Assembly: GCA_002633005.1 (NCBI GenBank)
Contig: NMRA01000113.1
Location: 72,797 to 136,796 of the forward strand
DNA length: 64,000 nucleotides
DNA from: Phoronis australis
Lineage: Eukaryota; Animalia; Phoronida
Reading direction: 5' to 3'
Shown here: positions 36,901 through 49,660 of the stretch, piece after piece
Numbering within the stretch: the stretch's first letter is position 1
How the letters are laid out: each line of letters begins with the position of its first letter
Made by a program: the position numbers and the translations under genes
Notes under the pieces: model-generated
Seen by the model: only the letters and a program-made list of their open reading frames with translations
What the model was told of the DNA's origin: nothing
The model's database searches: none

Positions 36901-39900
36901 ATTACATAGAATAAAATAATTATTTCACGATAGTACTTAAGCACACGTGACATATTTTGAGTGTAACATACACTTGAGCGATCAGTCAAAGTGAATACAT
37001 AAAAAACCAGCCATTGAACCTCCTTTTGTAACAATAGCCAACTTTTGCTATGGCCTACATACCGTTATCAAATTGGCCTCATATTATTCCTCGGTCAAAT
37101 TAGATGTGATATCTGAGCTTGAAAAGAAGAGCCAGTACGTTGGCATGTCACGTGGGTCATTTTACTGCGCTCAGCATGGTCTCAAGCAGAGCCCAGAATC
37201 ACTTATAATGGAAGTTGGGAATAATTAGAGATCAGACTATATGAGTTATAGAAATCAAAAGTTTGATTTGATGGAACGCAGGCTTATAACCGCTTTAGGC
37301 TTGAGGTATTCAGATGTAGGTTAACTAATGGAAATAATTACCCAAGAGAACAGTGTAATGCAAAATACCAAAATTAAGATTTTACTATTCAAGTATCATG
37401 GTCATGGCAACCTATGTCAAATACGATACGCAGTATTAATAATAGTTAGAAGATGAACATTAGTTATAAGGATACTAAACCCTGTTTTGATGATTTCAAG
37501 CAGTCCTAGTTCTGTCACCTGCTATTGCATCATTGGCGTCAACCTAGGAACTCACACTCGCTATATCACAAATTTACCAACTTCAGATGATATCAGGCAC
37601 TACAAAGCAAACATTCACACCCAAGACAATACCCAGTAGGTACTCACACTCGCTATATCACAAATTTGACATTATGGTCCTTGGTGGGTGGTCTTTTTCC
37701 CACAGATGTCATGTAATTCGCTAAAAGCGTAGGTCACGCTTGCCCGTTTAGAAGACTTTGAAAGGAGATTTCAAATTTTTCTCCAAACTTTTGAGAGTTG
37801 TCAAGGTTTATAGAGCTTTATTTCGTTTCAGGGAAATTAATGGGAAAGTCGTTTTTAATATCTATTCGTAGGCCAAAACCTGGTTTGGTGTCCTTTTTAC
37901 GTAGTGTGTACCCTGCAAATATCTTGTCAAATCTTCATACTGAGGAAACCGAGTCGAACAACACATGAATTGTCCAGGGAGTCAGTGATGCCTACGTGTT
38001 CAATAGTATCAAACTGCTCGCAGAGGTTTTGTATTATCCCGAGAGCACTTCAGATAAAAACAATCAATACTTCTCTGTTTGACATCACGAGGATTCTTAG
38101 CTCGCGGAATGAGGGTCATAATTTATGCATTGGAGAAGTTATGAAATTTTTACGTGGCAAATATTTGCGGTTTGCAAATGAGATCTTGCATGTGATACAG
38201 GCGAACTTCGAGCGCCCGTGGGAAAGTAAAAGTTGGAAACAGGTATACATGATCCGAATATGTTTCGGTGTTAAAAAAATCTTGCCAGGCGGCATTTTTG
38301 TGCTTCAAGAAACCTTAGTTTCAGTTGATATATGTTATTGTCAAAACAGGGCACCCTGAACTTCCATGTACGTCGTGCGAGGCTCGGGCCGGTCCGCACA
38401 AAAAAAATGTTTTCTCACTCAAGATATTTTCTTCCCGCAGACGCATATTCCCTATCCCGAACTACTTTTCGTGTCGTATTTCTTTGCTTGCGGACGGGCT
38501 AACCCGGCCTCGGCTCATCGTCCCGCTCGCGAGAGCTATTCGTAACCCCTCGAACGGTGTCTTTTCTGTTGCGTTACTTCGCATGAACTAGATAACATTC
38601 AAAGAATGTAGCGAGAGAAAGGTAATTCTTATTTGATTTTCAGTATTCAAAAAATATTTCGAAAACTACAACCGTAACGCAAATAGTCGGCAGTTCGATC
38701 TACGAGTTAGTCCGTGAAATCCCGTGCTGGCAATAATTTGCAGGAGTAAAGATATACGTCCGCGAGATATGTAAATTGGTTCGGGAAGGGAGGAATGTGC
38801 GCACGTGAAAGAAGAATTTTGTGTGCAGACATGCAGGGCCGAGCTACGCGCGGGCAGAAAAATCTAGGTACAACGTGACAGGCAATGGACTGTCTCACCA
38901 CACAGAAAAACACCTCTACTCGGGAATTTCTTTGCCGAGTATACAGCTTCAACGGCTGAAGCTAGTTCATAGAACAAGTAACTTATATGTTGCTGGTCAC
39001 CGTCAACGATAGCTCGTTGTTGTATCATAATCATACGAGCCTGGCTTGAACCAATAAGCTGTCGATCGGATTAATTCTTCTCAAACCTAAGTTGAATGAA
39101 CATGATGAGACCAACTTTGTAGCCTAAATGTAAAATTTATGCTATTCTTGTAGATTTGACTGAAGGTGCAGTATTATACCTTTAGTCACCATCTGAATCG
39201 TCTGTGTAGGCTCGATGATATCATTCGAAACTCGAAAATATACAGACTTCTTACATGGGGTCTTACTCTGTCTCCTTTGGTCGAATATTACACCGCTTAT
39301 TTCGGAGGTTATTTCTATAGAATGACAGCTGTGGTTTGATTTGTCCTTAGTGAAGCTATGTGTGCTGGCTAACAAGTGTCACGCAATCCGAAGTTCAGTT
39401 ACTAAGCACTCACGTAACCGGGAATCGAACACTAATGGTGTAATGAACGAAACGTGCGTTCATTATTAGAATTATCCCTCATACAACTACATGGTAAAAT
39501 TGCTAACTACTCCGAGATCTCCTGTGACTAAGGGCAGGCTTTTGAAGGTCGTAGTAGAGTACTTTGAACATATGCTCAAAGGTTGACACGTATAGAAATA
39601 TCGATACAAATCGATAGACTGCGTTTGGTCTATTTACAAACATCTGACGAAGACATTGACAACACTACCGTAAGTTACATGAACTTTCCATCAGGGATAT
39701 TCCTTGTAGTGTTGAGTGGCAGATACCCGTGGTATACTATATCTATTTCTGCCGTGGGTACCATGGAAAATCGCCGAGGACAGTAGCTTAATTTGCACAG
39801 CTATCTAACAACACCATTGCTTGATATGGGTATTCTATGAGGCTCTCCATTAAGATTGTCCCCGCTTTGTTTTCGAGTTCGAATTTCTTGCTTCATGAGC

Positions 39901-41157
39901 AAAAAACAATGACGTATTTATGTAAAACTACTAACTATACTTCGACTGAGCCTTCAAGATTCGTGATAAATGAAAGAATTTGAGCCATGTCTCGTCATGA
40001 TCCAAACGATTGACCAGAGTCTCACTAGCTACCTGAAGTTACATATGGTGGTTCGGTGACACGTTTTTGAGACTTGCTAAACTTTTCCAAAACCGCTCAA
40101 AGGACGCGTGCTACACAATTTGGCTAAAACATGGACATTTCGAAGGCAACTTCATGGAAACACTAAACAAAGAGGGCTGTAATCTGTGTAGTTCTTGTGA
40201 CTTTAACCAACTTCTCTTCCCAGTGTCCCATTTGTATTGTTATGCATTTAATTTCCCTATCCTGGTATCACAACAAATAATTTCATCACTTACATACATC
40301 TGATTTTCACCGCTAAACCCACCTGATCTTTGTCGTATGTAGTATTGCCACTAGTTGGTTGAACGCAAGCTTACGTGTTCGCTCAAAATTACTTCAGCGG
40401 TCATGTACTCAAAACCAAAATTGTTCATTTACAAATTTGTACGACGCACATAACTATTGTTTACACCGTTTTTTTACACACTCAGCCCCTTGTGCCTATG
40501 CGTTTTTACCAATGCTCCAGCGTTTCGCCTAGGTAGGCGTACGCCTTAGAAGTAGTTAATACGATACACGCACGTACTGGATCACGCAGGTGCCCCTTTT
40601 GCGACCGTATGTATTGAACTTCTGCGAGTTTTGGCATTTCTAACTTTTTACTACTAAATTAAAACCAAGAAGAAATGTATTGTAAATGATGGCCCAGCCA
40701 TTACTTCGGCGTCATGCGTTGCTCATTTTAATGAGTAGAATTAAAATTCTAGTCAAGTGTTTCGTCTGACCTCGTTTTCATGTTCCTAAAATCGAGTGTC
40801 ACATATGACGTTTTCAGGTTTTTGAAATAATACTCTAAGCAAGGATTATTATATCATTTTTATACCTTTTAGCTCCAAACAAAGATTTTCAAGAAAAATG
40901 GCACCATTTCTTTTAAGTTTTAAGGAAAATTCAAATAATTATATAATAAGTGTGCAGAGAGATGAGCGTTCCCGTATGGTTTATTCAGATTTTAATTAGA
41001 GAGTCAACTGATTAACACGCTTTTAATAACGCAAGTGAACCCTATTTCAAGGATATTGGGATTTTACATAATTTTTATGTGTTTTCCAGAATCGAGTTTC
41101 TATGTGAAAAATTACCAACATGCGGTCTTATATGATGTCTTAGTGGGGATAAAATAG

Positions 41158-41325
41158 ACCTACGCAGTGACTGGCAGCGAGGGTGGAACTTAACACCGAT
41201 ATAAGCATTTCCTGCACATGATCGCAATGCATGCATTCTGTAGAGAGACGTCTTCCATGTCTAAGTGCAGCAAATGCCTATATTTGCTTAACATTCCACC
41301 CCCGCTGTCAACAACCGCATAGGCC
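41158..41325. mobile_element. MITE-like imperfect palindrome
   Basis: CCTACGCAGTGACTGGCAGCGAGGGTGGAA versus TTCCACCCCGCTGTCAACAACCGCATAGG. Confidence 0.55.
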
Positions 41326-41601
41326 AACCAAACCAGGCTGTGGGGACATGCACTCAAACAATCGATCTGTTTAAAAATTCAATACTGCATGGAAGGGAAA
41401 CTAAGGGTTACCATGGTTTGCGGAACTTCGATTTTATAAGGTTCCGTGTAAAATTGTACGCCTTGTAGGCTATGAAATCAACTCTCTTAGAATTCGAAAC
41501 CAGGAAATTTGTGTCTGCACACTTTGTTTTATATCAGCCAGGCTCTGAGAAGAGACAGAAGGATCAGGGCCAGAACATTCTAAAATTGCTATACACGAGC
41601 T

Positions 41602-41886
41602 TGACGAATAAGGCGGCTAAAATTCAAATTAAATAGAGTTCTTGTATGTTATACGACAAAGTGATTCATGATCGTTTGATCTGGAAACTAAAAAACCCAA
41701 AACCGCTTGTCTTGTGTTCTCTAACAATAATCGCGGATCAGGTATTTCGATTTTTTCGATATTATTGTTTGAGAATACGGCTTTGAAGATTTTTTACCCG
41801 ATTCAAGGTTCGTGATCATTCGTTTCAATGTATAAAATACAAAACAAAAATCGATTTAACGTGAATTTAGCCGCCTTTTTAGTCAC
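41602..41886. mobile_element. MITE-like long imperfect palindrome
   Basis: AAGGCGGCTAAAATTCA ... TGAATTTAGCCGCCTT, with internal inverted similarity. Confidence 0.6.
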
Positions 41887-42088
41887 CAAATATGGGTTCA
41901 ACGTCTTTAAGGACGGCTTTGCCGTATACAACAATACAGTGAACAACAATTGGACCGCGTAGTCAACCTACAAATCTCGAGAATCATTTACTACGTTCGT
42001 GGCAGACCGATATCAGCGGTAATTTTGATGACATGGGGAGAAATCACGGTGGCAAAGGTAGTGATGTCAAGATTACTTTTTATTTCAG

Positions 42089-42231
42089 TTGACAGAGCCT
42101 GACAACATTTTTGTGTTTGAAGAAAACAAGTGTATAACTATACAAGTGGAATGGGTCGACTCGTATCTCTTGATGCACTCTACCTATCACTTGACGGACA
42201 ACTTAGTGCGTATGCAGAAGCAGCAGATGAG
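42089..42231 (+). CDS. Multi-MATH protein, exon 2 (LTEPDNIFVFEENKCITIQVEWVDSYLLMHSTYHLTDNLVRMQKQQM)
   Basis: TTTATTTCAG acceptor, AG|GTAATA donor, phase 0 to 2 bridging exons 1 and 3 exactly. Supplies the terminal MATH strand (ITIQVEW). Not in the ORF track. Confidence 0.82.
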
Positions 42232-42831
42232 GTAATACACCATTGAACATGTATTGGCTTCAATTTAAACCATTAAAACTCGATTTCCTTCTATTCAGCT
42301 GCCCGGAGAACCAAAACCAAACTGCATGTAGGTTACTTGTCCTACAAAGCAGTCTCACAGTTGTTCTTACCAAGATAGGGCTTTATATCCACTGACGAGA
42401 TGAACATAAAGAGCAATTACGACCGGCAAAATCCTGGCAAAATCAGAAAATTAAAGGATTAGTCACCCCGTCCATAATTATACCGCAGGCTTTCTCTCTG
42501 TTCAGACATCTACGAAAGTGAAAACTACTGGGGAAACATTACTTATCTTGCTGACTTTGCAGTTTAGGGGACAAATGAATGTACAAGTTTATGCCGAATC
42601 AAAATTCATAGAAGCTTTTTTAATTTCTGACAAGATTAGGAGATACTTACCAAAAATTACGTATAACAGATGATTCATAACTTGTCAATTTTCTTACATG
42701 GCTATATAATCAAAAATCAGCGAACTCTTGCAGGTTACAATAAGTAACTGGACATTTGAATTATCAGCGTCGTGGCCCAAAGACTTTAGAACCGATTGAA
42801 AGGTTCATCCCAAAACAAGCCCGTATTTAAC

Positions 42832-43524
42832 CAGTGGCGGATCTAGGATATCACAAGGGAGCCCAATATTTTGTCTGTAAGCATTTGCGCAAACCAGTTG
42901 TAGATGGGGGTTCGCCCCACTCCCGCCCAGGAAATTTTTCAGTTTTTTTCCTCTAAAAATCAAGCATTTCCCTTGACTCCTGAAGTATTATCCAAGAAAA
43001 AAGGCAAAAAAAGAACACGGAGAACGTGTCAAACAGGAAAAACGGCAAATACCACAAACTCGAACTCACGACCTGGCGGATAGAGCGCGCGTGCTTTACC
43101 ACTACACCACCACAACTTAAATCCTAAGCTAATACTAAGAGACCTACTTGTTCACGGTCCACAGCACGAAACCTACTTCTTTTTGTAATGTTTATTACAC
43201 GTTTTATATTTTGTGCAATCGGTTCGTAACAAATTTGTTGTATTTAAATTAGTCTTCAAATGCCCAAAAGACCAAATCCGTTTTTCGTGTTGGCAATAAT
43301 GACGGGTTTGCTTTGGAAATCGTCTTAAGTTAAGGTTTGACAAAGAGAGAATTATGAGTTTCTGAGTGATTCACTAAGGCTTCGATTAGAATTCACATCT
43401 TACCAGCAGCTTCTGATTTTTCATCGTCACACAGGCTCCATTTTCTTCTCATTGCACAGTGGAGCAGACGACGGAAACGGAGTCGTAGTGCGCAGCGCCA
43501 CTGCCCCCCCTAAATCCGCCTATA
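42832..43524 (+). mobile_element. Full-length non-autonomous TIR element (CAGTGGCGGATC family) with an internal tRNA-like module
   Basis: Ends CAGTGGCGGATCTAGG / CCTAAATCCGCCTATA, flanks TTAAC / TTGAC, homologous to 3381-4075. Confidence 0.85.
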
Positions 43525-43607
43525 TTGACACGCATTGATGGCGTAAATTGATGACTATCATTCTCCTCGTTTACACGTTACTTTAACGGAAACTTGCTTC
43601 TTTATCC

Positions 43608-43707
43608 GGCAATAGTTTGACATAACGTGCCCGCATTTTGAGAACCCGTTATTTAGTGGGGGAAAACTGGTTATCAAAATTCGGGCACGTAATATCAGAC
43701 CGTTACC
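43608..43707. repeat. About 100-bp imperfect hairpin
   Basis: ACGTGCCCGCATTTTGAGAACC ... GGTTATCAAAATTCGGGCACGT. Confidence 0.7.
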
Positions 43708-44214
43708 CTTTATCCAGTTGCCAAGGAGCAGAATAATCGATCTCTATTCAATTGTCTGATTCTATATTAACTGTAAGAGTTCACTGGATTGAGATTTATT
43801 TCACGTAAGTTTCTACAAAAACCCATTGATCAAGGCAAATTTGATTCACACGTGATTTTTGCCAGTTATGAGCTAATCTTGTCAGAATTGATGCTTCAGT
43901 GAATTTGAATGCAGGTTGAAATTTCAGAGAAGATATCTGAATGTTTGGCCGTCAAATTGTTAAATCCACAAGATGATTTTTGAACAGTGAAGTAACTCTT
44001 TTAGAGAGTAGTTCGGCGAAATTTTACTTTTACAATGGATTTGGGGCAACTTTATATCATTTGCTTCTCAAACGGCAAAAGAGGGACGAAATTGGTGACG
44101 ATGGTGGGAGGGGAGAAACTAGTGGTGACAACAGTGGAGGAATTAGAATACGGAAATTTGGTGGACCACTTGGCGAAAACTTTGGTGACCTTGGAAGTCG
44201 AATTTGCCTGTATC

Positions 44215-44550
44215 CCCATGTGATTTGCTTGTGCGCCCCGTAATTTCCTCGTGTCCCAAGTAATTTGCCCGTGTTCCCAGTAGTTTGCGTGTGTCCCCTG
44301 TAATTTGCCCGTGTCCCCAGAAATTTGCCTGTGTCCCCCACTAATTTGCCTGTGTCCCCCAGTAATTTACCCGTGTTCCCAGTGATTTGTTTTATCCCAA
44401 GTAATTTTCCCATGCCCCAGTAATTTGCTTCAGTGTCCCCCAATAATTTGCCCGTGTCCCAAGTAATTTTACCCTGCCCCCAGTAATTTGCTTCAGTGTC
44501 TCCCAGTAATTTGCTTGTGTCCCCAGTAATTCACATGTGTCCCCCAGTAA
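44215..44550. repeat. About 21-bp minisatellite (CAGTAATTTGCCCGTGTCCCC)
   Basis: About 15 degenerate tandem copies. Confidence 0.95.
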
Positions 44551-45009
44551 TGTTTACCTTCCTTCGGCCCTGTATAGCCTGTATCAATAATGAATGGTCA
44601 ATTCTTCTAAAGCTTTGAACACAAGAAAAAAGTGAGACCAATTTTATTACGGTAGTCGTCTAAATCAAGAATTGTTTTTTGACAGAAGGCGCAGGCTTAT
44701 TGCACATTTAGATTGTAAGTAGAAAGAAAGTGCTGTTTTAAATAAATATTTGAAGATTAATTTTTAAACTACAGCGTCTTCTCCTTAAGTATCCAATGTT
44801 CAAAGGACACCTAGACTCAGTCAAGTAACCCTGTTGGTTTCATCCAAATACACTTAACTTACTACTGAGCTTAAATGTCGCTGTCGTCGTCTTCGAATTT
44901 GGTCAACGTCGCCGTTGTCACCGTCATTTCCATGCTCATCTTCATCTGTCACTACCACCACCGCTTCCATGAACAATTCTGATTTTGTTGCTTTCTCCTT
45001 TTTTTTCAG

Positions 45010-46369
45010 CCGCGAAGTGCTTGCTCTTCAAACAGAGAATTACGCTCTAGAAAAACAACTTCATAGTTATCAACAATCAATAGCTAAGACAAGCAGCAAC
45101 AACGGCGGATCACGTCGAGGTAGTGTCTCTCCAGAGAGAATACCCCCCATGCAAGACCAAGGTCCGTCACTGCAACCACTACAGAGGAGTTCAGCACGTG
45201 CCGGATCGACACCGCACTTGGCTTATTCCGATGCTGTAGATGCGTATCACAGCGATTCCTATTACCCCACGACGACGGGAAGTGGCAGGAACTCCCGCAG
45301 AAGTTCATACTCTGCCGATCCTTACCTGCACCACTATTCATCGTCAGCACCATCGCATTCCACGCCACCGAGTGTTGCGCAGCAACTTCTCAATTCAACT
45401 CACAGTGCTCGTAATTCGCCGCGTAATTCCATCGCGCAAAGTGCCAACGACGGCTACCACGAGAAATATTTGACGGACTTTCAAGGAAATGACCAGCATA
45501 TGAAACAGGTTACAGTTCATGATAAGTATGGTCCCTTGGATAAATATCCTACTCAGGATAAATATGGCGGATACGACAGGTATAATCCCAGCGACAGGTA
45601 CGCATTTACACAAGATAAATACGCACCAGACAGGTACCCCAATGCACAAGATAAAGTTATATCTCAAGAAAAGTACGCAGCGCAGGATAAGCATGTGGAA
45701 AAGGTGTCACAACAAGACAGGTATACTGCTCAAGGAGAAAAGTACTCAGCAGCTTCTCAAGGAAAATTGTATCCACTGACCACACAGCAAAAATACGTGA
45801 CACAAGATGGCACCACCAACCAGGAGAAATTCAGCACAGACAAGTACTTATCATCTGCAGCTCAAGACAAATATGCTGCTCAAGACAAGTTTGGAAAACA
45901 AGACAAACACGCAATACAAGACAGGCACGGAAATAGCCAAGACAGGTACGGAAATCAGGACAAATACGGACCTCAAGACAAACATATGACAACTGACAAA
46001 TATGGTTCCACAGCAAAACAAGACAAGTACGGAGCTCAAGACAAGTACGGAACGCATGACAAGTACGAAACTCAAGACAAGTACGGGACGCACGACAAGT
46101 ACGAAACTCAAGACAAGTACGGAGCTCAAGACAAGTACGGAACGCATGACAAGTTCGGGACTCATGACAAGTATATTTACGATACCAAATATTCCACCAA
46201 TGACAAATACCCTTCGAAAGAGAGGTACAGTGCGCACGACAGGCACATGCAAGACAAGTATTACCATGGTGATAAATACCCAGCGGAGAAGCTGTCGAAC
46301 AGTCGTAGCAGTAGCAGATCGCGAAGTTCACAGAGATACTACGAACGCGACGTACTCAATGACCAATAA
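45010..46369 (+). CDS. Multi-MATH protein, exon 3 (coiled coil, Ser-rich linker, xDKYxx hexapeptide repeats)
   Basis: Polypyrimidine TTTTTTCAG acceptor. AG|C gives S-REVLALQTENYALEKQLHSYQQSIAK. Open to TAA. Total CDS 2628 nt = 875 aa. Confidence 0.88.
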
Positions 46370-47140
46370 TTTGAAATAAATAACAATGAAGAGGGATTAT
46401 TCCACTCCTCTTTGTGTATTCTTAACATCCAGACGCGGCATGTTTTGCTACAAGTTTCTCGTTTTTGAAATTAGTAATTACTATGGATGCAAGGTAACGC
46501 TTTGCTGGTTAATATTTGCTTCTCATGGGATCGAGTACGAACTTCATGTCGTTGACAGCTCAAGTAGGGAGTTTGCAAAGACACGTCACTGTAGTTAACA
46601 GTATTAACTCCTTTTTTGCCTATTGATACGTAATTATTGCGAATTTAGTGTTCTTCTACCAGTTATTAAGCGATTCTCAATAGCTTGCCAGTTTGGTAAA
46701 AAGAGTTGATAATGTCATTACGACATTTTAATCATGACTAGAACATGGTGTAAAAGGTTACCAGTACGCTCACAAACGATTTATGCAAAGAATTTTAGTC
46801 ATACAGTTAGAAATCACATGGTAAGGTCTTAGTTTCATAGACGTAAGAAGTGGGAGGGGGCCAAGGGATGAGCGGGCCTCACTCGAGGTGAACGCGGACT
46901 GGAGCGGCTTTGGTGAAATATAGGTGTGATGACCGGGAGGGCAGCGGGGGGGGGGGGGAACTTGGAAGGATGCCCTTACAGTTTCTTCTCCGCGCAAAGA
47001 AAGCCTTCCTATGCTAAAAGAGATCAGTAGCTTTTACGAAATCAGAGTGCTTACTTGTGTAATTTTTTATTTTGAGTGTAGAAAATAGTAATTTATTTGA
47101 GCGGCAGAGGGAGTGTTGTATGAGCAATAAATCGATAATA

Positions 47141-47344
47141 CATGGTACATACACGTATTATGAAACGTACATGGTACATACACGTATTATGAAACGTACA
47201 TGGTACATACACGTATTATGAAACGTACATGGTACATACATGTATTATGAAACGTACATGGTACATACACGTATTACGAAACGTACATGGTACATGCACG
47301 TATTATGAAACGTACATGGTACATACACGTATTACGAAACGTAC
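47141..47344. repeat. 29-bp minisatellite, 7 copies (CATGGTACATACACGTATTATGAAACGTA)
   Basis: Near-perfect tandem copies. Confidence 0.97.
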
Positions 47345-47828
47345 TTGTTGTTGTTTTATGCATTTGATCACACCCATCTAAGCGATCTTGACTGCAAAGA
47401 AGCCCTTGAAGTACCCAACTAAAATATTAAAAAGTAAATGTACTGTGTTTTCGTTCCTAATTTCCAAGAAATTGAGAAAATTAACATATTTCATACATGT
47501 AGGAGATCAATAGTTCAATTTAATATATATCGTAAATTAGGTGCAAAAACAGATGGTGCATATGTTTTTTAGTAGTTCATTGAGTAACAACACTTCATGT
47601 TTACATCATATTCCTGAAATGTGATGTAGCCACGAGCTGTCTACTCGACAAGAACTCACATGCACGCGTGAAACGTAAAGAATAAAAATCGCATTGGAGA
47701 CACGACTTGCAAATGATCCCTGGAAGAATCGGAATGACAATCTGATCCTACATTTACAGAATTATGCAATTTCAGATTACTCAAAAGTCTTTATCGAACC
47801 TGAAGTCAACTATTCCAGCTAGTAGCAT

Positions 47829-47898
47829 CAGTGGCGGATTTAGAGGGGGCCATACCCCCTTAAAATTCTCCCAGATTCCATTCCTGGATCCGCCCCTG
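47829..47898. mobile_element. 70-bp minimal MITE of the CAGTGGCGGAT family
   Basis: CAGTGGCGGATTTAG ... CTGGATCCGCCCCTG. Confidence 0.75.
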
Positions 47899-49509
47899 GT
47901 CATAATGGTCAAAATGACTACATTTAGCCTCGAAGACAAGAATCATTTTTAAGGTTTTGAATTGTGAAAGGATCATTTACAAAGCATGGAGTTTTCGTCT
48001 GACACTCGCTGCAGATCAAACTGTCTGGCGTGAGGTTTTTTAGTACCAGATTTAAAGGTCCTCGAAGAATTGACACTGGCAAGCGGTGGCTTCTGTAATT
48101 TCGTTCTCTAAAACCACAACAGGCCAGTACTGAAATATATCAGAAATTAGGTTTTACACGCATAACCTGAACTATGGATACCCCGACTCTCGTACTCTTT
48201 CACGGATTACTGCGCTCAGTCATATGTGCTCGTGTCTTCTAAAAACTGTTGAAGAATCCTTTACGAAAAATATGGACTTTAAAGAAAATCTTGCAACTAA
48301 ATTCGAAAGGTGCGTAAATGCAGATTTTATATTGCATCGTGTTGCGTTAGATAACTCAACGTGAAATCATGCTTTGTGACTTACCTGTTTATGGGTCAAC
48401 AAAAATCAAATTCTGATTCACTTGGCAAAATTCCCGTTCGTGTTGTAAATTTTATTATCAGAGTTAAATGATATGACTACAATGCAATCGGAAAGTAGTA
48501 AGCTTCAACATTTTGACATCAAAGTGACATAAATGAGCCCACAATTATTAGTTTAATAAGCATCCGCAGATAAAATGTCCGTTTTTAATTATTCAGAGAC
48601 GTCTTTTCGATTAGTTGATTGAATTTCAGTCACAATGCGTGTGTTACAGAAATTAAGAAAAAACGAACAAAACCGTAAAATGAAGTGCGAGCGAGTGTAA
48701 AGATACTTTCAGCCTTGTTTGTGCCTTATTTTACAATAATATGTTTTTTAAACTTGGTGAGGGTTCTCACAGAAATCTCATTACATATGGCGGTAGTTGT
48801 GCAGTTGTACCCATAATGTATGGATCAGTTGTCACCCACTATTGCGGCCATTTTTTTTTTGGGGGGGGGTGCACCACCAAAAATAAAAATTAAAAATTAA
48901 ACTAAAAAATTCATACTAAATTCTTTTAGTTTCACGATATTTGAAGTTGTGTTGAAAGAACGTTACTTGGCTCAAGTTTCGACTGAACTATACCTTGCGT
49001 TAACAAAAGTGGAGCGAAAAGAGTGTTTTTAACAAGGGTCATTTTGTACATGTTTAAGAAATTAGAAACTTATTTCCTATCGATATCACCATTGTTTTTA
49101 TTATTTATGATCTATTTACATCATGCTGAATTCCCCTTTCCAACACCGCATTTTGTCCTTCAACTTGAAAAAGATACTCTTTACTTTGTTTCCACCAGTT
49201 TAGGAAATGGAACGAGTCTCATCAATGGCCAGGTAACCTTAACACAGGAACACACCTGTTTATATTGGCGTTTTACTATCAATATTTCGCAGTAGTTCAT
49301 AAAAAGTGAAGCTCCTTGTTATTCGTATGTGACTGCCAATTTTATTGATGCACATATAACCTGGTATTGGTGCTATATTGAAAAGAAAATATCTGCATAT
49401 TGATTTTATGTAAATTGGTTTGGATTAAACTTCGGAAAGGTTAAGTCTAATACTGGAATAATAACTTACAAAAACTTATCCATACGTGTGACAAATCGAA
49501 TCTTAAACC

Positions 49510-49660
49510 GCCTCGGCGTCTAGTCAAAACGCCACCAATTGGCCAGAATAACCATAACGTCGCAAGCCAAGCTGCAGTCCGTGAGATGCGGACAAAACGT
49601 TGATAATTTTTGTAAGTTTTTCTGTTTTCAGAACTGGATGTCTCAAAATGTCCATGCTTT
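49510..49660 (+). mobile_element. Solo terminal segment (pLTR-like) of the Penelope family at 59984-60455
   Basis: About 110 bp closely matching 60345-60455 (CAAAACGCCACCAATTGGCCAGAATAA...GTCCGTGAGATGCGGAC). Confidence 0.75.

Noticed and set aside
37640-38359. 151-aa plus-strand ORF and a stop-riddled minus-strand peptide (YLQGTHYVKRTPNQVLA)
   Set aside because: No family I can assign with confidence and no splice signals. It may be an old fossil; BLASTx would decide.
44057-44443. Gly-rich GDTGKLL repeat ORF
   Set aside because: Translation of the 21-bp minisatellite; unit lengths vary and there is no splice support.
45831-46379. Overlapping antisense and alternate-frame ORFs (Cys-rich, Val/Leu-rich, Thr/Ser-rich)
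   Set aside because: Shadow frames of the 18-bp coding repeat.
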